Assembly (NCBI GenBank): GCA_030390025.1
Contig: CM059431.1
Span: 154,196,001-154,260,000 of the forward strand
DNA from: Squalus acanthias
Lineage: Eukaryota
Direction of reading: 5' to 3'
DNA: 64,000 nucleotides
The stretch's first letter is position 1; each line of letters starts with the position of its first letter. Made by a program: the position numbers and the translations under genes. The notes beneath the pieces were generated by a model. It saw only the letters and a list, made by a program, of their open reading frames with translations, ran no database searches and was not told the origin of the DNA. Shown piece by piece: positions 37,973 through 51,402 of this stretch.

Positions 37973-39169
37973 ACCCTGCAAATAACAACTCAATTACTGT
38001 CCTCAATAAAAAGTGTTGCCGCTGATAATGAGGCAAGGTATCGAATTATATAGTCAAGTGTGACTCCCGTGACCCCTAAAACTCCGTTATTGATACACTT
38101 TCCAATGAAGAGCACCAGATTTTGTCTGTAGCAGATTTTAAAATATTTTTCCCAAAGGGATTAATTGGTGTATTTTTAGACATAAGATACACTATGTTAG
38201 AACTATTGCACTTATTTGAAAATTTCATTGAGGTGACCTGAAACTTGCACGTTTCTACTGAAATGAAGTGTTTGGAAGTGTGTGCTGGTGCCTCGCATGA
38301 TTCAGTTCTGGGGCCAATTTTTTCTCTGTTACTAACTTGAATATCGACCTTCGTCGAGATCTGCAGATGATGCAAAAATGAAGTGGTCCCAGAACTGAAT
38401 ACTGCGAGGCAACAGCACACAGTTTTTCAGCCGCTTCATTTCAGTAAAAACCGTGTCCGTTTCAGGTAAACTCAATGCAACCTTCAAATAAATTCAAGAG
38501 TTCTGCCAGAGTGTATACAATGTGTAAAATGCACCAATTTATCACTTTAGGATATATATTGGTAAATATCATAAAGTGTTATATCGTTAATATTTAGAAG
38601 CCGGAGGAAATTTTAAATATGGGGAATTTGCTGAAAAGGTCACCTGGAATCAATGTCAGAGTCAATTGATACATACTTATAAAATATCAGCTGTGATTGT
38701 GCACGGAATTGAGGTAGATTCGCTGCTGTGCGGAGCAGAGCGACTTCGAGGGTACACGATATCAGACCGTTGCAGGCAACACCTCAGGTTGTTCAGACTG
38801 TCGAAAAGCTAATGTGCGTCTTGGTGTAATCACAAGAGTTATAGAATAAAGTAGCTGAAATAATAATGTATCTATATAAAACCTGAAAATAGACCCACAG
38901 TAAATTTCTGTGTGCACTATCGAACTACAGGCTTTAGGAAGGATTTTGAGCCTGTAGCGAGCGTCCGCATCAGATTCACTAGGCTACTAGCTGCTGTCAG
39001 GTTACACAGATACAAAGAAAGACTTAGAAAGCTTATTTTTTCACTAGAATAAAGCCATATTAAGGAGTGATATGATAGATGTGTTTAAAATTATGGACGG
39101 ATGTGACAGGATAGATAGAAGCAGGCTGTTTTCAGTAGTTGAGCTATCAGTAACCGAGGAGCCCATGAA

Positions 39170-40680
39170 TTTAATTTTCAGAGTTTCCCAGGCTCACAAT
39201 GAATTATACCGCTACTAAATATTTCGAATAAAGATTAAGTCAAAAGGTGAAATTCGAGCACCTCAAGCAGAAGTTAACAGGCCGCTGACGCAAAAACTTC
39301 ACTTGCTTACCGATACACATTTGCTGATTAAGTTCCAAGTAATTGAAACCCGGAGCCTGATACTCATGGGTAACAACATCCTGATCAAGGCCGAGGCTGT
39401 AACACATTAACTGGCGGCTTTCTGCCAAGAAAAAATAATCATAGCTCTTTTGTAAATCGGAATGTAACCCGTGACGGTAATTGTACAAATTCATGGCTAA
39501 CGGATTAGATTCGAATATTAAAGAGCCTGAGACGGAGATTCATGGAACCGGGATTCGAATGTAGTTGATTTACCCAGAGTTAGAATCTGGACAAAGAAAC
39601 AGCTAGTGATCGAAATGGAAGATCATTCCAAATACTTATCATTTCAGTGTTGAGAGATTACTGTGCCCTTCCCTCTGATGTTTGAATCTATGAAGCTAAC
39701 AGCGACCTTTGTCCATTGCTATCTATGGCATTTTATATTGCGATAATAAAGAGATTTTATGGAGAGCAATGAAATCGAATTGAGGACATGCAACTGATTC
39801 TTGCAACAGAGCACAATTTCTCTGCGGGGTCTTCTGGACCGCAGATGGACGTGCCGGGCGGACAAATGATCATTGTTACCACAGCAAGAATTAATGACTT
39901 TGGTTAAAGGATCAGTAACTCACCAGAACAGTTCAACCTGAATGAGACCGTGTGTGATTCAGATCGAGCCCTGCACCAGAGAACAGGGCGGGGAGAGATT
40001 TTACTGATCAGGCTGAAGGTCGTGTTTATGACGGTGGTCTACAACTGATATTCCCCCAGGGTGTAATCAGTAACCTGCTGAACTCACAACGCTAACTTAC
40101 ACGGACAGCCTGGAAGCAGAATTTGAAGCCACAGCACAAGGTAAGGACACGGAATATACTGAGCGCAATTATAGGGCATTAATGTTTTTGAAAATTTATA
40201 GTATCTAATATAAAATCAGAAAAGAAAAGATTGCCTTTTCAGAAATTACTTTACTGGAAGCTGCGCCATTTAACAGAACAAAACTTCCAAATATAAACTC
40301 ACACGCTAAAATTCTACAGCTGTAAGTAGGATTTATATATTGTTTTCGATTATATCACGGCTTTGAACAAAAAGTTAAAGGTCGAGACTTTTCAACATAA
40401 AACACAACCATAATCGAATCGAAATACAGAGTTTCCAGCCAGGGGCGGGAAAACCTTTATTTAACCAGCATTGACCTCAAGATACCAGAGCTCCTTGGTG
40501 CTGCCTTATTGTCGCGGGGAGTTACGGTCACCTGGTGTCAAGTTGGGATCCATGGATTTCAGGTATCACCCGAACTAAGCGTTGGTGAGCAGGTTATTGA
40601 TGAGTGAATCTTGCTTGATGGCGCCATCGATGAGTCCATCCATCACTTTTCTGGTCATTGTCAGGTTTTACTAGGCTGGT
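39170..40680 (+). repeat. Copy B of the inverted paralogous block (partner 3850-5450 -); candidate first exon ending at donor 40140|40141
   Basis: Shared words as listed for copy A; GC box AGGGCGGGA at ~39985; CACAAG|GTAAGG donor. Confidence 0.8.
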
Positions 40681-40739
40681 AATTGTTTGGATTCAGTCTG
40701 TCTTTGCTTTTGTAGATAGGACATCGCTGGTCATCCAAG

Positions 40740-42000
40740 TCATATCCCTAAAGAGGAAGAAATCCATTTGTACAGTCAAACAACCATGTGAGGTAAGACA
40801 CAATATAAAACATAAGGAAGGGAATTACACAAATGCCAGGAAAAAAGCTGATCCAATAAAGTAAACAACAAAGGGCACAAATAAATTATTAAAAGCAGCC
40901 AAAAGGGAACACGAATTAAACTTGTAATTAATATAAACGGTAATAATAAAAAAATTGTGTCAATATATTAAGAGTAAGAAAGTGGCTAAGTTAGGTGTGG
41001 GCTCATTAGAAAAAAAACACATGTGGTGCTGCAATAGCTAACAACGTAATAGCAGAATTATTTAACCAATACTTTGTATTGGTTTCCACAGTAGAGAAAG
41101 AGGGCAAAATGCCAGTGGTAGAAGGGATACTAAAAATAAATCAAGGGTGGAACTAACTGGATTAATAAAAGTAATACTGTTAATGGAGAAGAAAATAGGA
41201 TTTAGGATAGATAAATCTGCAGGACCTAATGGCACACACCCAAGGGTCCTAAACAAAGTAGGGGTGGGAATAACAGACGCATTAGTTATAATCTTTCAAA
41301 GCTCTCTTGATTCAGTTATTATGCCATAAAATTCGAAAATTGCTGTCGCCATTTCATTATTTAACATTGGTGAATTAGTGAAAAAAAGTAACTTCATGCT
41401 TGCCAGTTTTTGCATGGACTGGTTGGGCTGAATGGCCTGTGTCTGTGTTGTAGTTTAACGCTCGTTGAGGGGAAGCTACTAGAATCTATCATTAAGGATG
41501 AAAGGACTAAATACTTGAGAAAATATGAGCTGAACAGAGAGAGCCAGAATGGATTTGCTAAAAGTATCTCTTTTCTGACAATCTCGTCGACTTTTTGGGA
41601 GCTAATAATAAGGTAGACAAAGGCTTGTTTATGGATGTTATCCATGGGGATTTCCAGAAAGCATTCGAAAAGGTTCCACATAAAATTTATCTTGCAAAAA
41701 TGAGAGGGCATGGGATCTTTTTGAATTGGGTTAGAATTTGTTCAGGTGTTTGGAGGCGGAGTGAGGATAAAGGGTGTGCACACAAATTGACAGGTTGCAT
41801 AGATGTGGATTGAATTCCCTTGAGTAGTAGGTTGACAGATGATCTGATGGAGATCTTAAAAATGTTAAAATGATTCAATATGATAGATAGATAGAAACTG
41901 TTACCTCTGATTGGGGACTCACGAACGAGGGGACATAATTGAATCTTAGAATGAGGCTCAGACCAAGTGAAACTATAACATAGACAAGATACCACATGTG
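40740..42000 (+). mobile_element. Old CR1 LINE fragments
   Basis: DKSAGPNGTHPRVL, GKLLESIIKD, DFQKAFEKVPH. Confidence 0.8.
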
Positions 42001-42099
42001 GATTTTTAACATGGAGCTGCGTGACCAAACAGAAAAGCATATTGAATAGAAACATTAGCCAGCCAGTGGTTCATTATTGTCGGTACCATTTCTCGAGTC

Positions 42100-42380
42100 T
42101 GTAACTGCATTCGGTGAAGATAACATGGGCTGAGCTGTGCAGGTAATGTGCATTCTTAATGCGCATACTGAGTGTGATGGGGATGGCAGTGCAAGTAGTG
42201 TGCCGCAACTGCAGCATGTTCGAATTTCTGGAGAGCATTGTGATCCCGGACATCCACGTTTGTAGTAAGTGCCCGCATCTTGAAGAACTTCAGTTAAGAG
42301 TTATTCAGCTGCAGTCTGAGGTGCAGAAATTCCGGGGTATCAGGGATGGGGAGAGTTACCTGGACACTTTGATACAGGAG
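42100..42380 (+). mobile_element. 5' end (ORF1 start) of the CR1 that hosts the provirus; continues at 58622
   Basis: MAVQVVCRNCSMFE…HVCSKC.HLEELQLRV..LQSEV…GESYLDTL.QE continues as EAVTP after the right LTR. Confidence 0.85.
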
Positions 42381-45300
42381 TGCAGGGGGTTTTGGTTTGT
42401 GTCAGCTTCACCTCTGACTTCTGAGCGATTCGAATCGCTCCCATACCCTTGGTTTTACACCTTGGACTTATTTGGGGGCTGTGATAAAAAGTGCAGCAGA
42501 CAACTGCTTTTGATGCCAGAACTTTGATCTTTATTCAAGAAAGTAAAACACAACACAAACACTCTTAACACTCTAAAAGTGGTAAACACTTCAGTACAAG
42601 CGAGGGAAATAACATTAAAAGAGTACGACACCCCTCCCAATCCCACTTTTCTGGCTAGGCTGGACTCCAGAGGACCAGTGATGATACTCACCAGAATCCT
42701 TGACAGTTAGGTTAGTTCGCGGTTTTGGGGTTCACTCTACATGTCGGTTGGTGTCTGCCGTACCCCATACGCGGTAGAGGAATTCAACTGCGTATCTGGT
42801 CAGTCTTCGCGAGTCCACTGATGCGGTAGGGTGCATATTGGATTTATCAGGTGAGTACCAACTTTTCTTTGGTTTAGAAGTAGGGTTTAGAGTTTTTTAA
42901 GGGAAAATCTTACCCAGGGATAAGTCAGGAGTAGATTGTAGAGTGGAAATTTTGCGGTTCTTCGTTTTTCTTCGAGTTGGTTTTCTTTGGCCGTGGTGGC
43001 CCAAATATTGATACTTGGTGTTTGGTTGGTTGTTTCGTGAGGGCCTTGTTGCTGCGAAGTGTCCGATTGTCACTGAGGCGATCATACTGGTTTCTTCACG
43101 TGTCGGCCTACTTTGTTGCATGATCTGGCCTTCGAGCTGTCGAACTTCTGGCTGGACACGGAACGCTGATCCGTGATGTTATTAGAACTGTGTTGCGGAG
43201 AATGCCTCATACAAACATAGAAACATAGAAGATAGGAGCAGGAACAGGCCATTCGGCCCCTCGAGCCTGCTCCGCCATTCAATGAGATCATGGCTGATCA
43301 TCCAAATTCAGGACCCTGTCCCTGCCTTCTCTCCATATACCTTGAACCCTTTAGCTTTAAGAAATTTATCTAACTCCTTCTTGAATATATTTAATGAATT
43401 GGCCTCTACTGCCTTCTGTGGTAGAGAATTCCAGAGGTTCATCACTCTCTGGGTGAAGAAATTCCTCCTCATCTCAGTCCTAAATGGCTTACCCCTTATC
43501 CTTAGACTGTGACCACTGGTTCTGGACTCCTCGGCCATCGGGATCATCCTTCCTGCATCTAGTCTGTCGAGTCCTGTTCGAATGTAATTAGTTTTAATGA
43601 GATCCCCTCTCATTCTTCTAAACTCCAGCGAGTATAAGCGCAATCGACCCAAGCTCTCCTCTTTCGTCATTCCTGCCATCCCAGGTATCAGCCTGGTTAA
43701 TCTTCGCTGCACTCCCTCCATGGCAGGAACATCCTTCCTCAGATAAGGCGACGAAAACTGCACACAATACTCAAGGTGTGATCTCACCAAGGCCCTGTAC
43801 AACTGCAGCAAGACATCCTTGCTCCTGTACTCGAAAGCTTTCGCTACGAAGGCCAACATACCATTTGCCTTCTTAAACGCCTACTGCACCTGCATGCTAA
43901 CCTTTCGCGACTGGTGCACAAGGACCCAGGTCTCGTTGCACTTCACCTTCTCCCGATCTATTGCAGTTCAATAATAATCTGGCTTCCTGTTTTTGACACC
44001 AAAATGGATAACCTCGCATTTATCCACATTATATTGCATCTGCCATGCTTCTGCCCAATCACCCAACCTGTCCAAATCGCACTGGAGTTTCTCGGCATCC
44101 TCCTCATGGCACACACTCCCACTTAGCTTTGTGTCGTCTGCAGACTTGGAGATATTACATCTAATTCCCTCGTCTAGATCATTAATATTTATTGTGAATA
44201 GCTGGGGTCCTAGGACCGATCCCTGCGGTAACCCACTAGTCACTGCATGCCACTCGGAAAAAAAAAACATTTATTGCAACTCTTTGCTTTCTGTCTGCCA
44301 ACTAGTTCTCTATCCAATTCAATACCTTGCCCCCAATCCCATGTGCCTTAACTTTGCACGGTAATCTCTTATGCGGGACCTTATCGAAAGCCTTCTGAAA
44401 GTCCAAATACACCTCATCTATTGGTGTTCTCTTATCTATTTTCCCAGTCACATCCTCAAAAAATTCCGGTAGATTAGTGAAGCACGATTTACCTTTTGTA
44501 ATTCCATGTTGAGTTTGTCCGATCCTGTCACTGTTTTCCAAGTGCTCTGCTATTACATCTTTTGTAATGGACTCTAGCATTTTCCCCACTACCTATGTCA
44601 GGCTTACCGGTCTATAATTCCCCGTTTTCTCTCTACCACCTTTTTTGAATAGTGGGGTAACATTAGCTACCCGCCAATCCGTGGGTACTGTTCCAGAGTC
44701 TATAGATTTTGGGAGATGACCCGCAATGCATCTAATATTTCTCTGGCCACTTCCTTAAGTACCCTCGGATGTAGATTAACAGGCCCTGGGGATTTATCGG
44801 TCTTCAATCGAGTCAATTTACCTAACACTATTTCCCTACAAATACTGATTTCTTTCATTTCCTCTATTTCATTTGAGCCTATGTTCCCCCACATCTCTGG
44901 GAGGTTATTTGTGTTCTCCTTTGTGAAGACAGAACCAAAGTATGTATTTAATTGATGTGCCATTTCTTTGTTCCCCATTATTAATTCCCCTGATTCTTAC
45001 TGCAAGGGTCCTCCGCTTGAATTCACCAATCTTTTTCTCTTCACATATCTATAAAAGCTTTTACAGTCAGTTTTTATGTTCCTCACTAGCTTACTCTCAT
45101 ACTCTATTTTCCCCCTCTTAATTAATCCCTTTGTCCTTCTTTGCTGAATCCTATACTGCTCCCAATCCTCAGGTTTGCAGCTTTTTCTGGCCAATTTATA
45201 TGTCCTCTCCTTGGATCTTATGCTATCCCTAGTATCCTTTGTTAACCACGGTTGAGTCACCTTTTTTGTTTTATTTTTATGCCAAACTGGGATGAACAAA

Positions 45301-48286
45301 TTCTGTCGTTCATTCATGAGATCTTTGAATGTTTGCCATTGCCTCTCCACCGTCAGCCCTTTGAGTGACATTCCCCAATCAATCCTACCCAACTCGCACC
45401 TCATACCATCGTAGTTTCCTTTATTTAAATTCTGGACCCTAGTCTCTGAGTGAACAACTTGACCCTCCACCTTAATGAAGAATTCTATCATATTATGATC
45501 GCTCCGGCTCAAAGGGGCCTTGCATAACAAGATTGCTAATTAATCCTTTCTAATTACATAATACCCAGTTTAAGATGGCCTGATCTCTAGTTGGTTCATC
45601 CTCATATTGGTCCAGGAAACCATCCCGTATACACTTCAGGAATTCCTCCTCCACAGTATTGTTACTAATTTGGTTAGCCCAATCTATATGTAGATTAATG
45701 TAGCCCATGATAACTGCTGTGCTCTTATTGCACGCTTCTCTAATTTCCCTTTTAATGCCATGCCCAAACTCCGTACTACTGTTTGGGTGTCTCTACACCA
45801 CTCCCACTAGCGTTTTCTGCCCCTTGGTATTTCTCAGTCCTACCCATACAGATTCTACATCATAAGAGCTGATATACTTACTTTCAATTGTGTTAATTCC
45901 ACTTGAACCAGCAATGCTACCCGACCTCCTTTTCTTTTTTGCCTATATTTTCTGAATATTGAATACCCCTGTATGCTGAATTCCCAGCCTTGGTAAACCT
46001 GGAGCCAAGTTTCCGTAATCCCAATCATATCATGTTAATTTTCCTCTATTTGCGCAGCTTATTCATCCACCTTATTATGAATGCTCCTCCCATTAAGACA
46101 CAAAGCCTTCAGGCTTGTTTGTTATCGCTCTTCGACCTTTTAGAATTATTATTTACTGTGGCCACGTTTGATTTAAAGCCTTGATTTCTCTGACTGACAC
46201 CTTTGTTTTTTTCCTTCCTGACTTTTGCTTCCATCCTTGTTTCCCTTTCCTCTGTCTCCCTGCTCAGGTTCCCAACCCCCTGCCATTTTAGTTTAAACCC
46301 TCCCCCAGAGCACTAGCAAACACTCCCACAAGGACATCGGTTCCGGTCCTGGCCAGTTGCAAACTGTCCGATTTGTACTGGTACCACCTCCCCCAGAACC
46401 GGTTCCAATGTCCCAGGAATTTGAATCCCTCCCCCTTGCACCATTCCTCTAGCCACGTATTCATCTGAAATATCTTCTATTTCTACTCTGACTAGCACGT
46501 GGCACTGGTAGCAATCCTGAGATTACTACCTTTGAGGTCCTATTTTTTAATTTACCTCCTAACTCCCTATTTTCAGCTTTTAGGACCTCATCCCGTTTGT
46601 TACCTACATCGTTGGTAACTATATGCACCACGACAACTGGCTGGTCACCCTCCCCTTCCAAAAGGTTCTGCAGCCGCTCTGAGATATCCTTGACCCTTGC
46701 ACCAGGCAGGCAACACACCATCCTGGAGTCGCGTTTGCGGCCGCAGAAACGCCTATCTATTCACCTTACAATAGAATCTACTATCGCTATAGCTCTCCCA
46801 CTCTTTTTCCTCCCGTGCTGTGCAGCAGAAACACCCCTGGTGCCAGGAAGTTGGCTGCTGCTGCCTTCCCCTGATAAGCCACCCCCCTCAACAGTATCCA
46901 AAGCGGTATATCTGTTTGAGAGGGGGATGTCCACAGGGGACTCGTGCACTACCTGCCAGCGCCTACTACTCTGCCTGGTGGTCACCCATTCCCTTTCTGC
47001 CTGTGCAACATTTAGCTGCGGTGTGACCAAATGGATAAACGTGCTACACACTTGGTCCTCAGCATTGCGAATGCTCCAGTATGTATCCATTCGCAGCTCC
47101 AGCGCCACAATGCGGTCTGCCAGTAGCTGCAGCTGGAATTAACTTCCTGCACACATGGTCGTCAGGGACAGAGGAAGTGTCCCCGATTTCCCACACAGCG
47201 CAGGAGGAGCATACCACGGCGCCGAGCATACCACAGTGCCATGATTAAATCAAATCAATCCCACCAATTATACTATAGTTAAATGATATAGGGCTCTTGT
47301 TTACCAACTGTCCTCGAAATAACACAGAGACACTAGAAACTATAAACCACAAATTTTAAGTTTTGTAAAAAGCGAAAAAGAGAAATACTCTCCAACCAAA
47401 AACTTACCTGCTTTCTGGAGACGTCACACTTTGATTATTTTTTACTTCTTTCTCTCCCGCTCTCGGGGCTCAGATTGGTAAGCCTAACTCGTCGCTGTCG
47501 CCTTTTACTGCCGCCGCCTCGCCGCTGTCGCTCCACCCAGGTCCGCCGCCTCTGTGGGCCTACCTGCTCGCTGACGCCTTTTATTGCTGCCACCTCGCCG
47601 CTGTCGCTCCACCCAGGTCCGCCGCCTCTGTCGATGTCTTCTCTTTCTTCCTTCCTCTTCTTCTTTTTCAGTTTGAGAACGGGCCTTCAATTATACGCAT
47701 TGAAGATTCCAAATCTGCGCGCCAAATCAGGTCTCGGTCTTTGTTAGTTTTGGCGGGCTCGTCAACGGTCACTGGTTTGTTAAGGTGTGAAGTGGTTGCG
47801 GGATGGTCCCATCCCGTTGATGTGCCACTTAATCGGAGTTTGATTGTTCTGATGTTTTGGGTTTTCTTGGCTGGGCCTATGATTTGTATAGAGTATGCCG
47901 AAGTAATCTGTTTTATGCATGTCTTAATGGGCTCTGTAACTTTGGGGTGTAGACTGGTAATCCTCGGGTTTATTGTTAGGATGCTGAAGTCGCATAGGAG
48001 CCGATTTAAACTCCCAACAAGATCATGCGGTTCCCCAGACAGTTCCCATTAGCTCCAGTACCCAAACTGTTTTTGCAGAGGTTGAACCCACCTTCCTTCA
48101 CAGCTTTTTCTCCCTTACAAGCCCAGACATGTTTGAAAAGTACCAAATCTTGGTTTTTGCTCAACAGGTCCTCCGGTTCGGCCCAATGCACTTCACCACC
48201 CTGTAATAGCTGGAAAGGAGTTCAAAGTCTTTTTCCTTATGGTTTTCTTCGAGTTTTGGGGATCTGTGAATTTTGAGAATATTACA
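42381..48286 (-). repeat. 3' LTR (42381-43208 + 47629-48286), split by a full-length CR1
   Basis: Colinear with 57134-58621 throughout; summed length 1486 vs 1488 bp. Confidence 0.93.
43209..47623 (-). mobile_element. Full-length CR1 LINE (5'UTR tandem repeat, ORF1, ORF2, tail) inserted in the 3' LTR
   Basis: 5' repeats gccgctgtcgctccacccaggtccgccgcctctgt; ORF1 esterase (VCCLPGARVKDISERL); ORF2 APE/RT pieces; tail acatagaaacatagaa; GCCTC at both junctions (43204-43208 / 47624-47628). Confidence 0.93.
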
Positions 48287-48579
48287 GTTCCCGCTGTGAT
48301 ACTTTACCAGCTAGAGTATCATACCGGGTGAGCAAAATTCCTGATACTCGAGAACCAACCTTCCCCTGCAGTTTACCTATCTAAGACCCAAAACACACAT
48401 TTCCCTGTTGATGTAGTGTTCACATGCAGGCACAGGTAAGAATCCAGTTACAAACACATCCAAGTATGGAGGGGGTCCCACACCCCTGCACCAGTTGGAA
48501 AGTATTACATACATAGCAAAAATAATAATACACTTTCACAAAAACGTTATTCCTTTTAAGAAAACAATTCAGGCTCGCC

Positions 48580-50924
48580 CTAAAACTGGCCATAGGCTTT
48601 GTTGTAATGCTGGTCCAATGCTTTCTCATGTCGGGATCGGAGCACTCTGTTCTTTCCCTTGCATTTTGTGCATAGTAATTAGAGAAATATGCCAAGCTGG
48701 CAGACCATTAAAATATGGGAAGCCATTCTGAACCAGAAAGGGACCTCTATATTTTAGAAAATATCCCACCAGGGTGGAATTATGATGCCTGAATTCTCGG
48801 CCCCTATCTCGACTGTCTTTTGTTCCAGAGTGTAGAAATGTTTTTGTGATACTTGTACAGCTTTGAGTAGGGCGGTAAAATGTTTGTGTAGAGGAGCAAT
48901 CTTATAGACGAAGAATGTGACATAGTTTTGCAGGTTGGTAATGATTTCCCTGACAGTGAGGTGAACAGTTGAGGGTTCAGGAATGGGAACAATCCGTTCA
49001 TGGGCCACTTGAACTTCTGCCTCCGGTTTAAAGCAGCAACTACTGTTACTTACCGGACACCAGATGTGCTGTCCATGCTGGTAGTGGGGCGCACTTGTGG
49101 TGACACAATATGTCCCACCCCCTATGAATGCTACCTGTGGGGGAACATGGTCTTGTGCCATTACCTCCATGGTACAGTTGATAGGTCGTGCGCCAGCAGC
49201 TTTAAACCCGCACTGTGGTCTAGAATAGGCATTCAAGTGCTGGGGACACAGTATTATGTGTGCACCCCGGCTCCGGCACCTGGAGTGATCAGTACCCGTC
49301 ATAGCGTGCTCCCACATTATGACATAAGGTGGGACCGCTGCGAAACGGACGTGTATAGCCCCTTGAATGACCCTAATGTTCTCCACCCTGTATACCGGTG
49401 CGGGACGGGCTGTCCCACCCATGACCGGCATCCTCACCACTATCCACATGATAGAGTGATTGGAACGCCCACAATCGACAGGGACTGGGCAGGCTTCAGA
49501 GGCTAGGCGGAGTTGACATGGGCTCAGCGAATTGCTGAACGGGAGGAGGGCTGTGAGGTGTTTGTTGCTAATCCAGGAGGGGACTAAACTTTGTATTAAA
49601 TCCTCCAGGTTGCTGCGGCCCTCGCCCAGCAACCATGCCCCGTATAGTAAACACACCTCATTCTGTGCAGCCTGATCCGAAGCATTCCTCTCCTCCTGTA
49701 TGAGTGCATTAACTGTTTTTGCGTGTCTCTCTGGCTCAGCAATAATCTCCTTTAAGTGGACCTTCATAGCTTGGTCCTCGTGTAGCTCTGAGCATAGAAC
49801 TGTGTTTTCTTCCGTTAGGATCTTTCTCAGTTGTATTTTTAGACCATTTATCTGTGTTTGTAGTTCTATATCGTCCAGGCTATTTATTACAGAGTATCCT
49901 GTATTGCAGGTTGTGAAAATATCGTTTCAGGTCCCCCTTCTCTGTCTCCCTGCGCCCATAGTGTGCTCTGCGTGTAGTTTGTACAGCTCTGCTTTGTCTA
50001 TGTTGGCAAAATCGAATTCGTAGAATTTCCTAAAGATCTCATTCAGCAGGGCCTGGTATAGCTCTTCTGTCTCCTTAGGACACCACTCACGTAAGTCTAC
50101 CTCGGTAAGGTTTAGGATAACTGAAGCTATTGCATAGTGTACCCCCTGGCAGAGTACATTTTCGGTCGGCACTAGCAATAGCCCATTCTCTGGTCCCTTG
50201 CTGGTGGTTGGACATCTCTATATCACTGTCCGTGATGTCCTGGGCGTGGGCAGGGTCTTTCGTGGGCGTGCTACTAGTTCGGTGGCGTTGACTGGGATCG
50301 GGGAGAGTGGGAGCGTGCACCAATGAAGGCTAGAGTCCCACCCCATCCCCTACACGGCATCTTGCCATTGTCTGGAGAAGATGATGGATATGCCTGTGGG
50401 GCAGGCTCTCTCTGATCCCCACATACAGACATAGATTCCCTGTTCTGACTGCCACCACTTGTCCCAACAAACACTCACACCCTCATGGGTCCCTGTGATC
50501 GGCCGGTAGCTGTCCTTCCCCAGTCGTTCCCAGCCAGCTGTACGGTCCCCTATGTCCCTGCTCAGCTTCCTGAGCCATCACCACCTATCCAGGGGAATCC
50601 ATCCCTTGCAGGTGAGACACACATGTTTCCCCTCAGTGACACTGACCCTTGCAGCAACGACCTGTACCCTGGGGCACGGGATGGAGGCCTTCCCGTATGT
50701 GAACCCGGTCTGTCTGGAGTATTCTGTAGAGTTAAACCCCAGCCACCCTGTTCAGCTTCCCTCGTGGAAGTAAATAGCGAGCTCCTCCACACCGGTTTGC
50801 CACCCCCAGCGGTAACGATCGGCGCTCTCTCTCCCGAGCACGCATAAATGTGGGAGTCCTCCACGTCACCTCGGTCGCCGATGCTCACCCCTACCAGGGC
50901 GAGCAGGAGCAGAACCCTTGTCAT
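48580..50924 (-). pseudogene. env: env: class I fusion glycoprotein, F-protein-like (~780 codons, several stops/frameshifts)
   Basis: Signal peptide MTRVLLLLALVGVSIG; furin site RQRR|G at 49936-49947; heptad IELQTQINGLKIQLRKIL; Cys-rich ectodomain (ORF 48754..49767); PPWWDIF then a hydrophobic anchor FRMASHILMVCQLGIFL*LL and a basic tail. Confidence 0.8.
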
Positions 50925-50937
50925 GCCGATTTCCTCT

Positions 50938-50960
50938 CTGTAGGGACACACAAAACAGAT
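50938..50960 (-). promoter_or_regulatory. Putative env splice acceptor
   Basis: tctgttttgtgtgtccctaCAG|agaggaaatcggcATG, 13 nt upstream of the env ATG. Confidence 0.6.
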
Positions 50961-51402
50961 AGCCGTGTCCCAAGAAGATTCTCTGGCTTGACAGGTGATC
51001 GAGTCTCGAAAATTTTAAATTACTTTGGTAAAATAAACTCACTAAAACTAAAACTACCAAAACTGTAAAACACACCTAAAATACACTTTAAACTCTGTAC
51101 ATAGGCCGTCCGTCTCTGGACGGCCAGGCTAAATCCTGTATGGCATCTGCCTTGGCAGCTTCTGAGCAGCCTGTACGCCTGGGCATAAGTTGGCCTGTAC
51201 CGCAGGACCTTGAGAGTCCTTATTAAAACAACTGAGGGTTTTCCTGAATCCCTGATAATCCAGGGAGTGTCCCCTCCTGTGCTACAGCACATCACCCATT
51301 TGGTGTGGCTGCTGAGGCACTGTCCTGTCCTGTGGGTTCCTCGCAGCCTGTGGCCGCTGCCTGGGGATCCCTTTTCTTGGAATGACCCCTAACTTTGGTT
51401 AT

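Noticed and set aside
48287..48300. Polypurine tract before the 3' LTR
   Set aside because: Only a weak AGCGGGAAC is present, too degenerate to call.
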